Shown piece after piece: positions 1 to 12,400 of a stretch of 64,000 nucleotides of DNA. Below the pieces are notes generated by a model. It was not told where the DNA came from. It made no database searches and was given only the letters and a program-made list of their open reading frames with translations. The stretch's first letter is position 1, and each line of letters begins with the position of its first letter. The DNA is from Candidatus Babeliales bacterium (GTDB lineage Bacteria; Babelota; Babeliae; Babelales; JANWKD01): NCBI GenBank assembly GCA_963722255.1, contig CAVRJO010000002.1:320001-384000 (forward strand), read 5' to 3'. Both the position numbers and the translations under genes were made by a program.

Positions 1-287
1 AAGGAATAACGGCTGAAAATATTTTGGTGGTGCATGATGAACTTGAGATACCATTTGGCAAAGTTAAATTTAAAATGGGCGGCAGCGCCAAAGGGCATAA
101 TGGTTTAAAATCTATCATTCAACAGATTGGACCTGATTTTCCACGTTTAGCATTAGGTATTGGCCGGCCTCAAAATCGTGAAGATGTTCCTGATTATGTT
201 TTAGAAAACTTTGAAGATTCATCTGCAACGCAAACTATGATTGATGAAGCAATTAGATCTCTTGAACATTCAATTTTTAACAAATAA
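1..287 (+). CDS. pth: Peptidyl-tRNA hydrolase, 5'-truncated by window edge
   Basis: Motifs VVHDELE, GGSAKGHNGLKSI, RLALGIGRP, DYVL; frame is open back to the window start. Confidence 0.95.
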   Translation, partial: GITAENILVVHDELEIPFGKVKFKMGGSAKGHNGLKSIIQQIGPDFPRLALGIGRPQNREDVPDYVLENFEDSSATQTMIDEAIRSLEHSIFNK

Positions 288-422
288 ACTAATCATCAAG
301 GAGTTACGTATGCAATTAAAAAAAATATTCACTACTTTAGCAAAAATAGTTTTATATGTATTTGAAGCAATTTTTGCGATATGAACAACATATATTTCAT
401 CAACTATAGAAAGAACATTACC

Positions 423-1304
423 ATGCGCTTCTTGCTTTTCACCCTCTTTTCAATTCCATTTTTACCTTTATATACAATGGAACCAGAACTGCATAAAGAA
501 CTTGTTGCTAAAATTCTTTTAGATACTGTTAATCCACAAGATTCACTGGTAATTACTTTAAGGAATTGCCATGCAATAATGCGCACTCACAGTTCCTTTA
601 AAGAAATCATACAAAGCGATGCTTCCATTGAGCATATTGCTTCACTCTATACTGCAGAAAAACCACTCATTGCTTTATTATTAGGTAATGATACAGAACA
701 AAAATATAAAGAAAAAAAAGAACTCATTACATCGTATAAAGAAAAAGAAGATATTGTTAATAATTTTCAATATTGGCTTACTGGAGATGAACGGTATATT
801 TCAAACCTTAAATTCCATGAAGCAGGCATTTTAATAGTGTTAAAATATCAATTACCTTATAACAAGCAGCGTGGATTAAGAACTGCACTTCATGAAAACA
901 AAGGCAAAGCCGCAGAAGTTTTGCTTGATTCTCTTAAAGTACCTTTAGCAGCACCATACGACACAAATAAGGCTCTTTTAAAAGTTACTAAAAAATGTGC
1001 TTATTCATGTATTGCACTACTTATAAAGCATGGAGCAAATCCAAATCTTAAAGATGAAAATGACAATACTCTCTTATTTAATACAATACTAGGTTATATA
1101 AGAAATAGAGATACACGGGACATGTATACAGAAAAAGTAACTTCAGAAAACATACTTGCCGTATTACCACTCTTAACTAATGAATACACTATAAATTTGC
1201 CTAATAATGATGATGAAGCCCCATTAACGCTAGCAAATAAATATGCACCAGAGCTTGTTGAATTTCTTAAACAACATGGCGCAGAAGATTGGATGTTACA
1301 ATAA
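423..1304 (+). CDS. Exported ankyrin-repeat protein with N-terminal F-box-like segment
   Basis: Signal peptide MRFLLF...LYT-ME; ELHKELVAKIL; ankyrin-like LLIKHGANPN, APLTLA...FLKQHGA. Confidence 0.8.
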   Translation: MRFLLFTLFSIPFLPLYTMEPELHKELVAKILLDTVNPQDSLVITLRNCHAIMRTHSSFKEIIQSDASIEHIASLYTAEKPLIALLLGNDTEQKYKEKKELITSYKEKEDIVNNFQYWLTGDERYISNLKFHEAGILIVLKYQLPYNKQRGLRTALHENKGKAAEVLLDSLKVPLAAPYDTNKALLKVTKKCAYSCIALLIKHGANPNLKDENDNTLLFNTILGYIRNRDTRDMYTEKVTSENILAVLPLLTNEYTINLPNNDDEAPLTLANKYAPELVEFLKQHGAEDWMLQ

Positions 1305-1365
1305 ATCAATAATCATTTCGGAAGTCCTGTATCAAGTTTTTTTTAATTTAATGCGAAATCTTCAC

Positions 1366-1866
1366 ATGCAAAAAAATAAATTCATACTTTTTTTCACAAT
1401 CATATTTTTATCTACATTATCGGTTCGATCTATGGAACAACCCGAGTTGCCAAGTGAGCTCATTGCTCATATTCTAATCACTAGTCAGGATTCTCTTCCA
1501 TTGGCAATAAAAGTATCAATTGCTTTTAGTCAATGTAGCCATGAATCACGAGACATTGTTCATAGTGAGCATTTTACCTCTCAAGTTGCATCAACCTACA
1601 ATGCTGAGAAATCTTTGATTGCCCTTTTACTAGGAAATTATGGATTACCAGAATATCAAGAAAAAAAGAAGTTGCTCGATACCTATAAAGAAGCAAAAGA
1701 TACAACTGAACTTATCAACAATGATAATTGTCTTTTTGAAACAGATGAAGAACATTGGTTTTTTAAAAATAATGAAGTTAGATTGATTTTAACAATGTAT
1801 ACAAATCAACCTAACTATCTTTATCTAAAATCAAATATGTATCTTTATCTTTATTTAGTCTCTTGA
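1366..1866 (+). pseudogene. Truncated paralog of the upstream ankyrin protein (ankyrin part missing)
   Basis: ELPSELIAHIL and YNAEKSLIALLLGN match YTAEKPLIALLLGN upstream; ends in low-complexity YLYL overlapping the convergent gene. Confidence 0.6.
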
Positions 1867-2633
1867 AGCTCTTTACGAACCTCTTCTAGGCTCAAATTAT
1901 TTGTTTCCCAAAGAGCCGGATGATCCTTCATTTCTGTTAGCATGGTCTCAATCTTTTCTTGCTCTTCTTGAGTTCGTTGATCAAAACCTCTTTTCCAAAG
2001 AGCTACCATTTTTTCATTTGAATCAATAGCAACTGTTTTTGTATTAGCGCATCGCGCGGCAGTTGATTCAGCAAAATATTTTATAAAAGCTTTATAACAT
2101 TCAGGATTATTCTTTTTTAGATCATTCAATTTTTCAAGAGGCAAAATAGTATTGATAAATGGATCAAGACTTATCATGCCATCTTCTACTATAGTTCTGT
2201 TTCTCTCCGTTTTCAAGTGTTGCTCAAATGCTTCAAGAGGTTCATAAATCTCTTGAGGCATTTTTTCTTTGTAACGGCCCAGTATATCTTCGTCATCATG
2301 ATAAAGTTCTTTTCTATTCATATATACGGAATCATACCTTAATATATATATCACAGGATCAAATTCATAATATTCCATAGTTTCTTGAACCAAAGCCATT
2401 TTTGATTCTTCTAACTCTAAACATGAATCTTGCTTATTGTTAATGTGACATTCTTGTGCCAAAAGTATTTCTTCTCTTTCTCTCAACGGAATCCTGCGCA
2501 TAAATTTTTCAAAAGCAGATGCATGTTTTTTTAATGCATCTTTTTCTCCTTTTGTTAAGGTGCAAGAGATATCCTTAATAAAAAGATTACCTGCACTTAT
2601 AAGAATGAAAACATTTAATAAAAATTTTTTCAT
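1851..2633 (-). CDS. Hypothetical exported helical protein
   Basis: 260 aa ORF with signal-like N-terminus; no recognised motif. Confidence 0.65.
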   Translation of the reverse strand: MKKFLLNVFILISAGNLFIKDISCTLTKGEKDALKKHASAFEKFMRRIPLREREEILLAQECHINNKQDSCLELEESKMALVQETMEYYEFDPVIYILRYDSVYMNRKELYHDDEDILGRYKEKMPQEIYEPLEAFEQHLKTERNRTIVEDGMISLDPFINTILPLEKLNDLKKNNPECYKAFIKYFAESTAARCANTKTVAIDSNEKMVALWKRGFDQRTQEEQEKIETMLTEMKDHPALWETNNLSLEEVRKELQETK

Positions 2634-2707
2634 AATATCCCTGAAAAAAAAATATTGTTTAAAACATTAGTAATATCTTGATAATAGTATAATTTAAAAA
2701 AAATAAA

Positions 2708-3703
2708 TCAATGTTCAAAAGTATGTTCTACTGATTCATTGAAAAAATTATCATGTATACTAAGCGATGAAACATCAATCAAATGATATTTATGCTTTTT
2801 TAATAAGTTTGCAATATCTAAATATCTTAGACTTTTTGCATGCTTTAATGGCTTTCTTCCACAATATCTCTTATCTTTATCAGCACCATAATTAAGCAAT
2901 AGTTGAACAGTGGCAAGGTCGCCATTCTGTATAGCGCTTATTAATGGTCTTGGTTCATCTATATCCTCATAAAAGGGACCTCTAATTTTACTATAATCAT
3001 CAACCGCAGCACCATGCTCCAAAAGAAGTTTAACAAGAGCATAATATCCCCCTTTTGTTGCCGCATCCAAAGGACGAACATCGTAAGGATCTTCAACGTT
3101 CATTGGAGCTCCAGCGTCAAGAAGCCATTGTACCATTTCTATATGACCTCGTTTGCTGGCTAACGTCAAAAGATTATTTGTATCACGATTTCTTCCTTGA
3201 TAATAGAGATATTGGTCAACAAAGAATTTTTTCACATCTTTTGCAGTATCCAAAAAAAACTTCACGATGTTTTTATGACCATTAAATATCGCGTATCCTA
3301 TTGAACTATGACCAAACAGATCTTTTTGGTATACATCTGAACCTCTAGCAATAAGAAAAGTAACCATTTCTAAATTCCCACCTTCAGCAGCAACCATCAA
3401 AGCTGTTTTACCCCAATACGATCTTTGATCAATTTCAACACCTTGATGTATTATAAATTCGATTATTTCAGAAAATCCCATTTTTGCTGCTTTATGAATT
3501 GGATAATGTCCCTTTTTAGCCTCTTTGAGAAGCGTAGGAGAATGCCATACTAAAGTTTTTAGCTCTTCACAATTTCTCTGTTTAATTGCATGAAAAACAT
3601 CATTGACAGTTCTTCCTTTTTTAATGGTACACGACTCTTCCATTGCATGAGATAAAACAATACCATTTGCCATCATTAGTAAAGCAAGACATCTATACAT
3701 CAA
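2708..3703 (-). CDS. Exported ankyrin-repeat protein
   Basis: Several ankyrin repeats (GKTALMVAAEGGNLEMVTFLIARG); signal peptide ending SHA-ME; GGAG RBS. Confidence 0.9.
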   Translation of the reverse strand: MMYRCLALLMMANGIVLSHAMEESCTIKKGRTVNDVFHAIKQRNCEELKTLVWHSPTLLKEAKKGHYPIHKAAKMGFSEIIEFIIHQGVEIDQRSYWGKTALMVAAEGGNLEMVTFLIARGSDVYQKDLFGHSSIGYAIFNGHKNIVKFFLDTAKDVKKFFVDQYLYYQGRNRDTNNLLTLASKRGHIEMVQWLLDAGAPMNVEDPYDVRPLDAATKGGYYALVKLLLEHGAAVDDYSKIRGPFYEDIDEPRPLISAIQNGDLATVQLLLNYGADKDKRYCGRKPLKHAKSLRYLDIANLLKKHKYHLIDVSSLSIHDNFFNESVEHTFEH

Positions 3704-3723
3704 CTCTCCTTACTTATATTTAA

Positions 3724-3963
3724 TCAATGCGTTAAAACAACCGTTGCTTCTTCACGTGTAATGTGCAATATCCCACCGGGAATAGTTGTAGATTCTTCTT
3801 GTCCATTTTGAAGACAATATACGAGCGGTTTATTTGGGGAAAGGATAAGAATCATTGGTGCATGCCCACGTTGCATCACAAAATTACCCTCGGGAGTATT
3901 GACCTCTAACCACGCAATGTCAAACGATTTTTTATCAGAGATACTTACCATAAAAAGCTTCAT
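3724..3963 (-). CDS. atpC: F1 ATP synthase epsilon subunit (N-terminal beta domain only)
   Basis: Directly downstream of atpD; TPEGNFVMQRGHAP and GGILHI motifs. Confidence 0.8.
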   Translation of the reverse strand: MKLFMVSISDKKSFDIAWLEVNTPEGNFVMQRGHAPMILILSPNKPLVYCLQNGQEESTTIPGGILHITREEATVVLTH

Positions 3964-3964
3964 A

Positions 3965-5449
<1,485 letters not shown>

Positions 5450-5639
5450 TTATTTAATGCTAGTTTAACATTATCAAATTGTAAAGGTTAAGCTCTACAT
5501 TACTATATTCTTAGTTTTTTGTAACAAATGAAAAATAATTAATACGTATTGTATACTATTTCTCTTGTAATTTGAATGACAATAATCTTATCATTACAAT
5601 GTATTACTCAATAAAAATCTATGCAAAGCGTGAGGCTTT

Positions 5640-7124
5640 ATGAAAATTGTAACTATACTTATAAGTATATCCTTGTTTTCTTGTACAATTTTGTATGCCC
5701 CCGATAAACAAGAAAAACAGAAGAATGCTCAACCGGTCTCAAGCAATGAATTTGAACAAATTATTTTTCAATGGACAAAATCTTTTGCCGAGGTGGTTCA
5801 TATAATACATAAAAAATATCATGAACAAATAAACCCCGAGAAAGCGATGATTAATGCAATAAATGCTTTTGTCTCCACGTTAGATCCACACTCAAGCTTT
5901 ATGGATCCAAAATCCTATAAAGAAATTATTGAAACAACACAAGGAGAATTTTTTGGTATTGGTGTGATTATCGATAATATGAAAGAAGCTGAACAAGAAT
6001 TTCTTAAAATAATTGATACCATTCCTTCAGGTCCGGCTGATAAAGCGGGAATTAGAGCAGATGACATGATCGTTCAGGTCAATGATGATTCTTTAAAAGG
6101 ACTTACGGTCGAAGAAATTATTGCTAAGTTAAAAGGAAAACGCAATACACCGGTAACCATAAAAATCAAAAGGGGAAATAATCCCGAACTCCTCTCCTTT
6201 ACCGTTAACCGAGACATTGTCAAAGAACAAGATGCTCTTTGCTACTATTTCAAAGACAATAGTATCTATTATTTGTCCTTACGATTATTTACAGAAAACT
6301 CGGTTAAACAGCTTGAACAACTGTTAAAAAAGTGCCAATCACAACATTCTAAAGGACTTATTCTAGATCTTAGGAATAACTCTGGAGGGCTCCTTAATGC
6401 TGTAATTGATATTGCAGGCCTTTTTTTACAAAAAAATAGCGTCGTTGTTATCACACAAGAACGCGATAAGCGTATTGAATACAAGACAACAAGGGACCCA
6501 ATCGATATTGGCGACATACCTGTTTTTATAATCATTAATAACTTAACGGCGTCCGCAGCAGAAATATTAGCAGGTTGCTTACAGATTCATTCCGATACAA
6601 CAAAAACTAGCCAAAAAAATAATAAAAACCCAATGGTCTTTCTTATAGGAAGTAAAACATTTGGAAAAGGTTCTGTTCAAGAAGTAATACCCATTCCAAA
6701 TGATTGCGCAGCAAAAGTTACAACAGCGTTATATTATTTGCCTAACAATAGTTCTATTCAAAGTATTGGTATTCAGCCGGACTTTGCCATTGAGCAACGG
6801 TTTGCACCGACAAAAGAGATGCAATGGTTCAATAAATTTTTTGGCTATGAAAGCAGTTTGAAAAATGCCATAAAAAACAAAAACAGCGCTGAAGCAAATG
6901 AGACGAAAGCCAAAGATGAAAAAGAAAAAACATGGCAAGAAAAGAAACAAGAACAAATTGGCAGTGATTATATTATTTTAAGTACACTACGTTTAATTGA
7001 AATGTTTACCATGACAAAAAAAGCTTTCCCTCAACTAGTTTCAACACGAAAAGATAGTATTGAATTTTTAAAAAAAAATTATGTAGCAAGCGATACAATT
7101 GCTATGGAAGAAATTACTATTTAA
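5640..7124 (+). CDS. ctpA: S41 carboxyl-terminal processing protease with PDZ domain
   Basis: LDPHS, FFGIG, ILDLRNNSGG, TASAAEI, TFGKGSVQ, GIQPD. Confidence 0.93.
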   Translation: MKIVTILISISLFSCTILYAPDKQEKQKNAQPVSSNEFEQIIFQWTKSFAEVVHIIHKKYHEQINPEKAMINAINAFVSTLDPHSSFMDPKSYKEIIETTQGEFFGIGVIIDNMKEAEQEFLKIIDTIPSGPADKAGIRADDMIVQVNDDSLKGLTVEEIIAKLKGKRNTPVTIKIKRGNNPELLSFTVNRDIVKEQDALCYYFKDNSIYYLSLRLFTENSVKQLEQLLKKCQSQHSKGLILDLRNNSGGLLNAVIDIAGLFLQKNSVVVITQERDKRIEYKTTRDPIDIGDIPVFIIINNLTASAAEILAGCLQIHSDTTKTSQKNNKNPMVFLIGSKTFGKGSVQEVIPIPNDCAAKVTTALYYLPNNSSIQSIGIQPDFAIEQRFAPTKEMQWFNKFFGYESSLKNAIKNKNSAEANETKAKDEKEKTWQEKKQEQIGSDYIILSTLRLIEMFTMTKKAFPQLVSTRKDSIEFLKKNYVASDTIAMEEITI

Positions 7125-7160
7125 TTGATAAAATATAGTTTTATCATCGTTAGTAAAAAT

Positions 7161-7295
7161 TCAATTTTTGACGATTTCTGTAACGTGAATTTCTTGTGTA
7201 TGAGGCGGGTAGTTATTCGTTAAAACAAAAATAACCAACAATACAATTGTTGACCCCAAAGAGATAGCTATTCGATATTTATTTTTTTTACACAT
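7161..7295 (-). CDS. Small single-TM protein (44 aa), absent from the ORF track
   Basis: Manual translation MCKKNKYRIAISLGSTIVLLVIFVLTNNYPPHTQEIHVTEIVKN; consensus promoter upstream. Confidence 0.5.
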   Translation of the reverse strand: MCKKNKYRIAISLGSTIVLLVIFVLTNNYPPHTQEIHVTEIVKN

Positions 7296-7334
7296 ATAGA
7301 TACAATTACGAATTATTATTCAGCAATTATAGCC

Positions 7335-7363
7335 ATTTTACCAAAACACCCAAAAATTGTCAA
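7335..7363 (-). promoter_or_regulatory. Near-consensus sigma70 promoter
   Basis: Minus strand TTGACA-17 nt-TAAAAT with extended -10 TGn. Confidence 0.65.
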
Positions 7364-7447
7364 AATTTCACAAACCCCTTTAATATATTTGACTATTACA
7401 TATATTGTTTAATATGATTTGTAATAATAATTACAATATGAGGATAT

Positions 7448-9478
7448 ATGAGCACGCTAAAGATTTTTTTATCACTGATAATCATACCTGTTACTCTACT
7501 TTGTAAACCACCTATAGAAGAACTGGTTAAAATTCATACACCTTTTGTCTTCAATAATCATTTTTATTTAAGTCCTTTACACGGTGCAATAGGAGCAGAA
7601 GGGAATTTATTAAAAAATATGTGGCTCTATTATGATACTAAAAGTTCAATGGTCAAACTCCTTAAAACACTCTTTGTCGTTGAAGAGGGTGATGAATTTT
7701 CAGCAACGTCGTATCAACCATATTGCAGGTTTACACCCTTAACAATTGGCATGCTTGTTTCACATGCTTACGACAAAACCTTATTCAACGAAGATGAAAA
7801 TAATAATAGTCTTATCATTAAAGAGCTAAGGGAAACCTTCAAAGGACCCAAAAATCCAAATCGAGTGCAAAAACTTCTTACGCTCATTAAAAAATCACTA
7901 CAAGAAGAAGATACTGCACTATTTCCAAAAGGAACAACCTTTCAAATTTTATTAGCATTTTTGTATTTACAAGCAAATTCAACTGATGATCTTGAACAAT
8001 ACACTACATATCTTTCTCAGTATTTTGATCTTAATTCAGATTGCAGGGAACCAAAAACTACGCATAGTCAATCACCTTTAATGCATCAAATTTTGCACAT
8101 GTCACCTGAACAGATAATAACTCAAAAACTGACCGAAAAAATGGTTGCGCTTCAAAGACCGCCAACTCTTTATTGGAAAAGAAATGTTTCATATAATGAG
8201 AATAAACCTATCTCGGATTGTTGCGAAACCGCAATCCGAGAAATTATTAATCTTCTATTATTTGATCCTCAAACAAAAAATTTTGATATCTCACGACTAC
8301 CAAGAAAAATAGGACAAAAGCTACCTTTTCCGATAATCGAATTTTATCAAACACACAATAGTGGCACAATGTCTAATGATGTCAATAATCTTCAAAGTCA
8401 CCGAGATTGGATGCATGTTGTTACCAATCTACCTTCTATAATGTATAGGCAAGAAGATCACGAAATCGATCCTAGTCTACTCAATATCATGTCTTGTCTT
8501 TCTATGATTTGTGGGATGAAAATTAATAAGAATAAATTCTTAACTAAAAAAATGTTCATAAAAAAAATTTGTAAAAAGCTATCAAATCCAGCACTCTATA
8601 TCATTGATGTAGAAAATATTTTTAATGGTAACAGTAATGCAGTTGATATTCTTTTTAAACTATCCTATACACAAGATAGCAAAATCCCGTTTCATTCTTT
8701 TACGCTCCATATAAGAAAAGATCATGCGTGGATCAATCATATAGCAGCAAAACAGAATAGTTCTTGTTCATTAATAGAATATGGATCAATGCCTGTCTCA
8801 TTAGATTATCTAACTGCAGAACGAATCAAAGAAAGATTGCAGGATACCCATGAATTTCATCCCGCATTACATGATCTTTCCACCTTGTATGCATCATATA
8901 TAGTAGATAACTCTTGCCTTACTCATCACTTTCATAAGGCAATGTTATTCAGCCTTGATACTGATTCAAACCTTCAAAAATACCAATGCTTTAGAAGATT
9001 ATTAGCCTATTATAATCAATCAGCAGACCCTGATGCCTATGCATATATACTTGGAATTTTAAAATCCCTTTCAAATTCTTTTAGATTGGGACAATGCTTT
9101 CAACAATTATTGTATAAGCATCATACAAAACCTGAAGTAAAAAAAATTGTAGAAGAAAAATATTCATTACTTACTAGAGCTGATCAACAAAGCTTAATGC
9201 TCTGTTGTGCACAAAAAAAATTATGGCAAGATGAAACTTATAGAAACATCATTTTGGCAATTCTTATGAGTCTTAATAACTATGCATCAAGTGAACAGCT
9301 ATTTTTTGATAATAAAATTTTTACCTTACGACAACTTATACTCTGTGATGCTCAAAAAGATCCAACAATAAAAATTGCACTAACTATTCTTATCAATGGA
9401 TTAACACCCAAAAAACGATTGTTGCGTTTCCAAAAAAGCTTAGCTTATGCCGAAGATAATCAAAGGTTTTATTCCTAA
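7448..9478 (+). CDS. Large exported hypothetical protein with DCCETAIR segment
   Basis: 676 aa ORF, signal-like N-terminus, GAGG RBS. Confidence 0.75.
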   Translation: MSTLKIFLSLIIIPVTLLCKPPIEELVKIHTPFVFNNHFYLSPLHGAIGAEGNLLKNMWLYYDTKSSMVKLLKTLFVVEEGDEFSATSYQPYCRFTPLTIGMLVSHAYDKTLFNEDENNNSLIIKELRETFKGPKNPNRVQKLLTLIKKSLQEEDTALFPKGTTFQILLAFLYLQANSTDDLEQYTTYLSQYFDLNSDCREPKTTHSQSPLMHQILHMSPEQIITQKLTEKMVALQRPPTLYWKRNVSYNENKPISDCCETAIREIINLLLFDPQTKNFDISRLPRKIGQKLPFPIIEFYQTHNSGTMSNDVNNLQSHRDWMHVVTNLPSIMYRQEDHEIDPSLLNIMSCLSMICGMKINKNKFLTKKMFIKKICKKLSNPALYIIDVENIFNGNSNAVDILFKLSYTQDSKIPFHSFTLHIRKDHAWINHIAAKQNSSCSLIEYGSMPVSLDYLTAERIKERLQDTHEFHPALHDLSTLYASYIVDNSCLTHHFHKAMLFSLDTDSNLQKYQCFRRLLAYYNQSADPDAYAYILGILKSLSNSFRLGQCFQQLLYKHHTKPEVKKIVEEKYSLLTRADQQSLMLCCAQKKLWQDETYRNIILAILMSLNNYASSEQLFFDNKIFTLRQLILCDAQKDPTIKIALTILINGLTPKKRLLRFQKSLAYAEDNQRFYS

Positions 9479-9484
9479 AATTCA

Positions 9485-12400
9485 TCAATTTTTTGAATAC
9501 ATCTGATATGACCAAAATAAAGCCATTATGCCAATAAGAACTGAACCCATCAATCCTCCCAATAAAGCACCCGGATATGCATCAAATACCATCAAAGGAA
9601 TTGAATTAGAAATTTTTATTGTTGCTATGATCCAAGGAATAGCAACTCTTAAATTTCTCAATGCATAATAATAAAAAATCCATATAACTACTCCCCAAAG
9701 TATGCCTATACCTATTAATGCCCCTATTGGCATAAAATCAGGTACATCAAGCATAATAAGACCAACTATAAGTAAAAATGGTACTGCTACCCATCGATAC
9801 TTATTGTTACACTCAACAACATAATTTAATGCAGTAAAAATAATGAGAGCAAGCATAGTATACTCTATATAGTTACTCAGCATACTCAATGATTGGCTTA
9901 ACCAAGGCAGATATGCAGCAGCATAGGTAATGGTAGGCCATTGGGGATTTATATGTGGAAGCATATATTTAACTAATGAAAAAAATCCAATCTCAATCAC
10001 ACCTAATCCAATTCCCATACCAATATACTGCGCAAATGGTAGATCCACTTGAGGCGATTTAAAACATTTTTCATGTAAAAAACCAACAACTAATCCATAA
10101 AGTATTGCAGTAAATAGTGCATATACAACCCAAAATAAGATAACGTACCATGCTTGGTGACTAAAGGGTTGACTTGTATTGAAATAAGCTATAGCAGTTG
10201 GCCAAATATTAATCGCTTGTATCAAAGATTTCAAAAGCAGTGTCAACGTAATTACGAGAAACATCTTGAAAGAAAAATGAATTGATTTGAGCGAAAAACC
10301 AAGAATAACTGCGCTTGCACACATAATAAGAAGCATGAACAATAGAAATTTGACTGTTTCTAATAAAGAAATAAGAGCAGTTTCATCTTTAAACGATCTA
10401 TCCCATTGCTCAGGAACAAAAATAAAACGAGAAGCATCAACTACATTCTTACCTGCTACTTCAATGGCAATACGTGCTTGGCCCAATTCTAACTTTTGAC
10501 GCAGATCATTAAACAAAAATTTCCAATCAACACGTTGTGGTCGCTGTATTGGAACAACTAATATTTCTGAAAGATCCTGTTTGCTCAACTTATAGGTATG
10601 TTCAATATACCTATATGCAACCTCGAGAGCTTCTTGTTTAGATAAAGATTCTAAGAAATAATTTTCAGGATATTGATGATGAACTCTTCTTACTATTGGT
10701 TCCTTTTTACTTCCATCAATAAATAACTCATATTCTTCACTACGCTCCTCTATAGTTCCGTCAAAGCGAACTAAACGTACTTTAAATACGACTGGCATCA
10801 AATAACTAGTTAATAGTTTTTTGTAAACATCGTGACCAAATTTTCTCCATATATAGATATGTTGATTACGTTCTTTTAAATCGAGCGGAATCTCAATACC
10901 AACTAAAGATGTCCATGGGTAATTGCCAACAGTATTCACCTTTTGAGCAATAGAGATTGCATCGCTACGATTAAGCGATAAAGGAGTTGTATCATAGCTC
11001 CAACGTGTAGTTGCAAACCATATACATAAACCAAAAAAACCCACTATAAGAATGCATATCTTTTTTCGTAGTGACCAAGAAACCTTCAAACTTTCTTTAA
11101 CAACAACCGTTTCTCTTTGAGGAGTATACGAAGGCTTCCATGCACCATTATAAAAATTAGATGGTAACTGAATCCAAGCCTTTTGCTGTAATCTCCTGAA
11201 AATAACGAAGAGCAAGGGTACTAAGCTAAGGATGACAATCATACCTTTATCAAGAAGAATCGAAGAAGCATGAGATATAAAAATTGGAAGCGAAAACCAT
11301 ACTACATCAAAGACAAAATGTGAAATTATTGTAGGCAAAAGGCCATACCATATATAGGTCAATCCAAATATAAACGAAGGAATTATAAGTTCTATTAAAC
11401 GAGCATACGCTGGTTGAGCCGGATAGTTGGCATGTGCAGCACCAAAAATTATTGCCTGAAGAATCAATGCAATGCCAATAAATAAATTTCTTTTACCAAA
11501 TCTATTTCCTAATAATGCTGCACCAGCTAAAGGAATTGCTCTAAAAAGGCATTCCTCAAGAAATCCAGCACTTAAAGATAAGGCAATTGGCGAAACCCAT
11601 GGAAGATATGTTGCTAAAGCGTTAGGATTATAAAGTGCATCAGAAGGAGACCACCAACCTAAATATTGAAAAGCCAAATAATAGAAGCCAATAGCATAAG
11701 CCAGGTCTATTCCCAGAAGCAAGTACCCACCTAAAGTCCTACCAAAAATTTGTACTGAAGCACCCGCTAAAGGAGACCATACTTTCCATAATTGAATTTT
11801 CTTTGGAAAAGCTTTACGTGTTAATCCTTCTGCCACCATAATGAGAAGTAAACTTGCACTAATAAACATGAAGAAATGAAAGATAATCTTTATGATGATA
11901 TTGCCAATAAATTGCTGCATAGAAACTGCAGTATCATACTCAAACCAATAAAAAGGTATCTGATTTATATCATGTATTACTTGCAAAGAACCAATAAAGA
12001 ATGCACACACTAAAGGCCATTTAAATTCTAACCATGACCATCGTGATAAGAAAAACAAACCTAAAAAACAACCACAAAAAACATATAAGATAATCACGAG
12101 TATTAATGCTATAAATGCAATAAAATTATTTAATGATCGCATTTCTTCATATTTTCTTGTAAATCGTTCGGGAATTTTCACTGAAAGCTTTAATTCAGTT
12201 AATCGATCGCCTTTTAAAACAAGCCTCAATCGATAAGGCGCTTCTCCCACCTTTTTATCAACTCTTTCAAAAACAAATGTATGATCAATCCGACCTTTTG
12301 ACGTAGTTTCTTGTCCTGATTCAATAATTTTATAGTTACTAAAATCAATGCCCCAATTAGTTTGTGCTTCGTACATTGCTTTTTCTTGTGCTTCTTGAGA

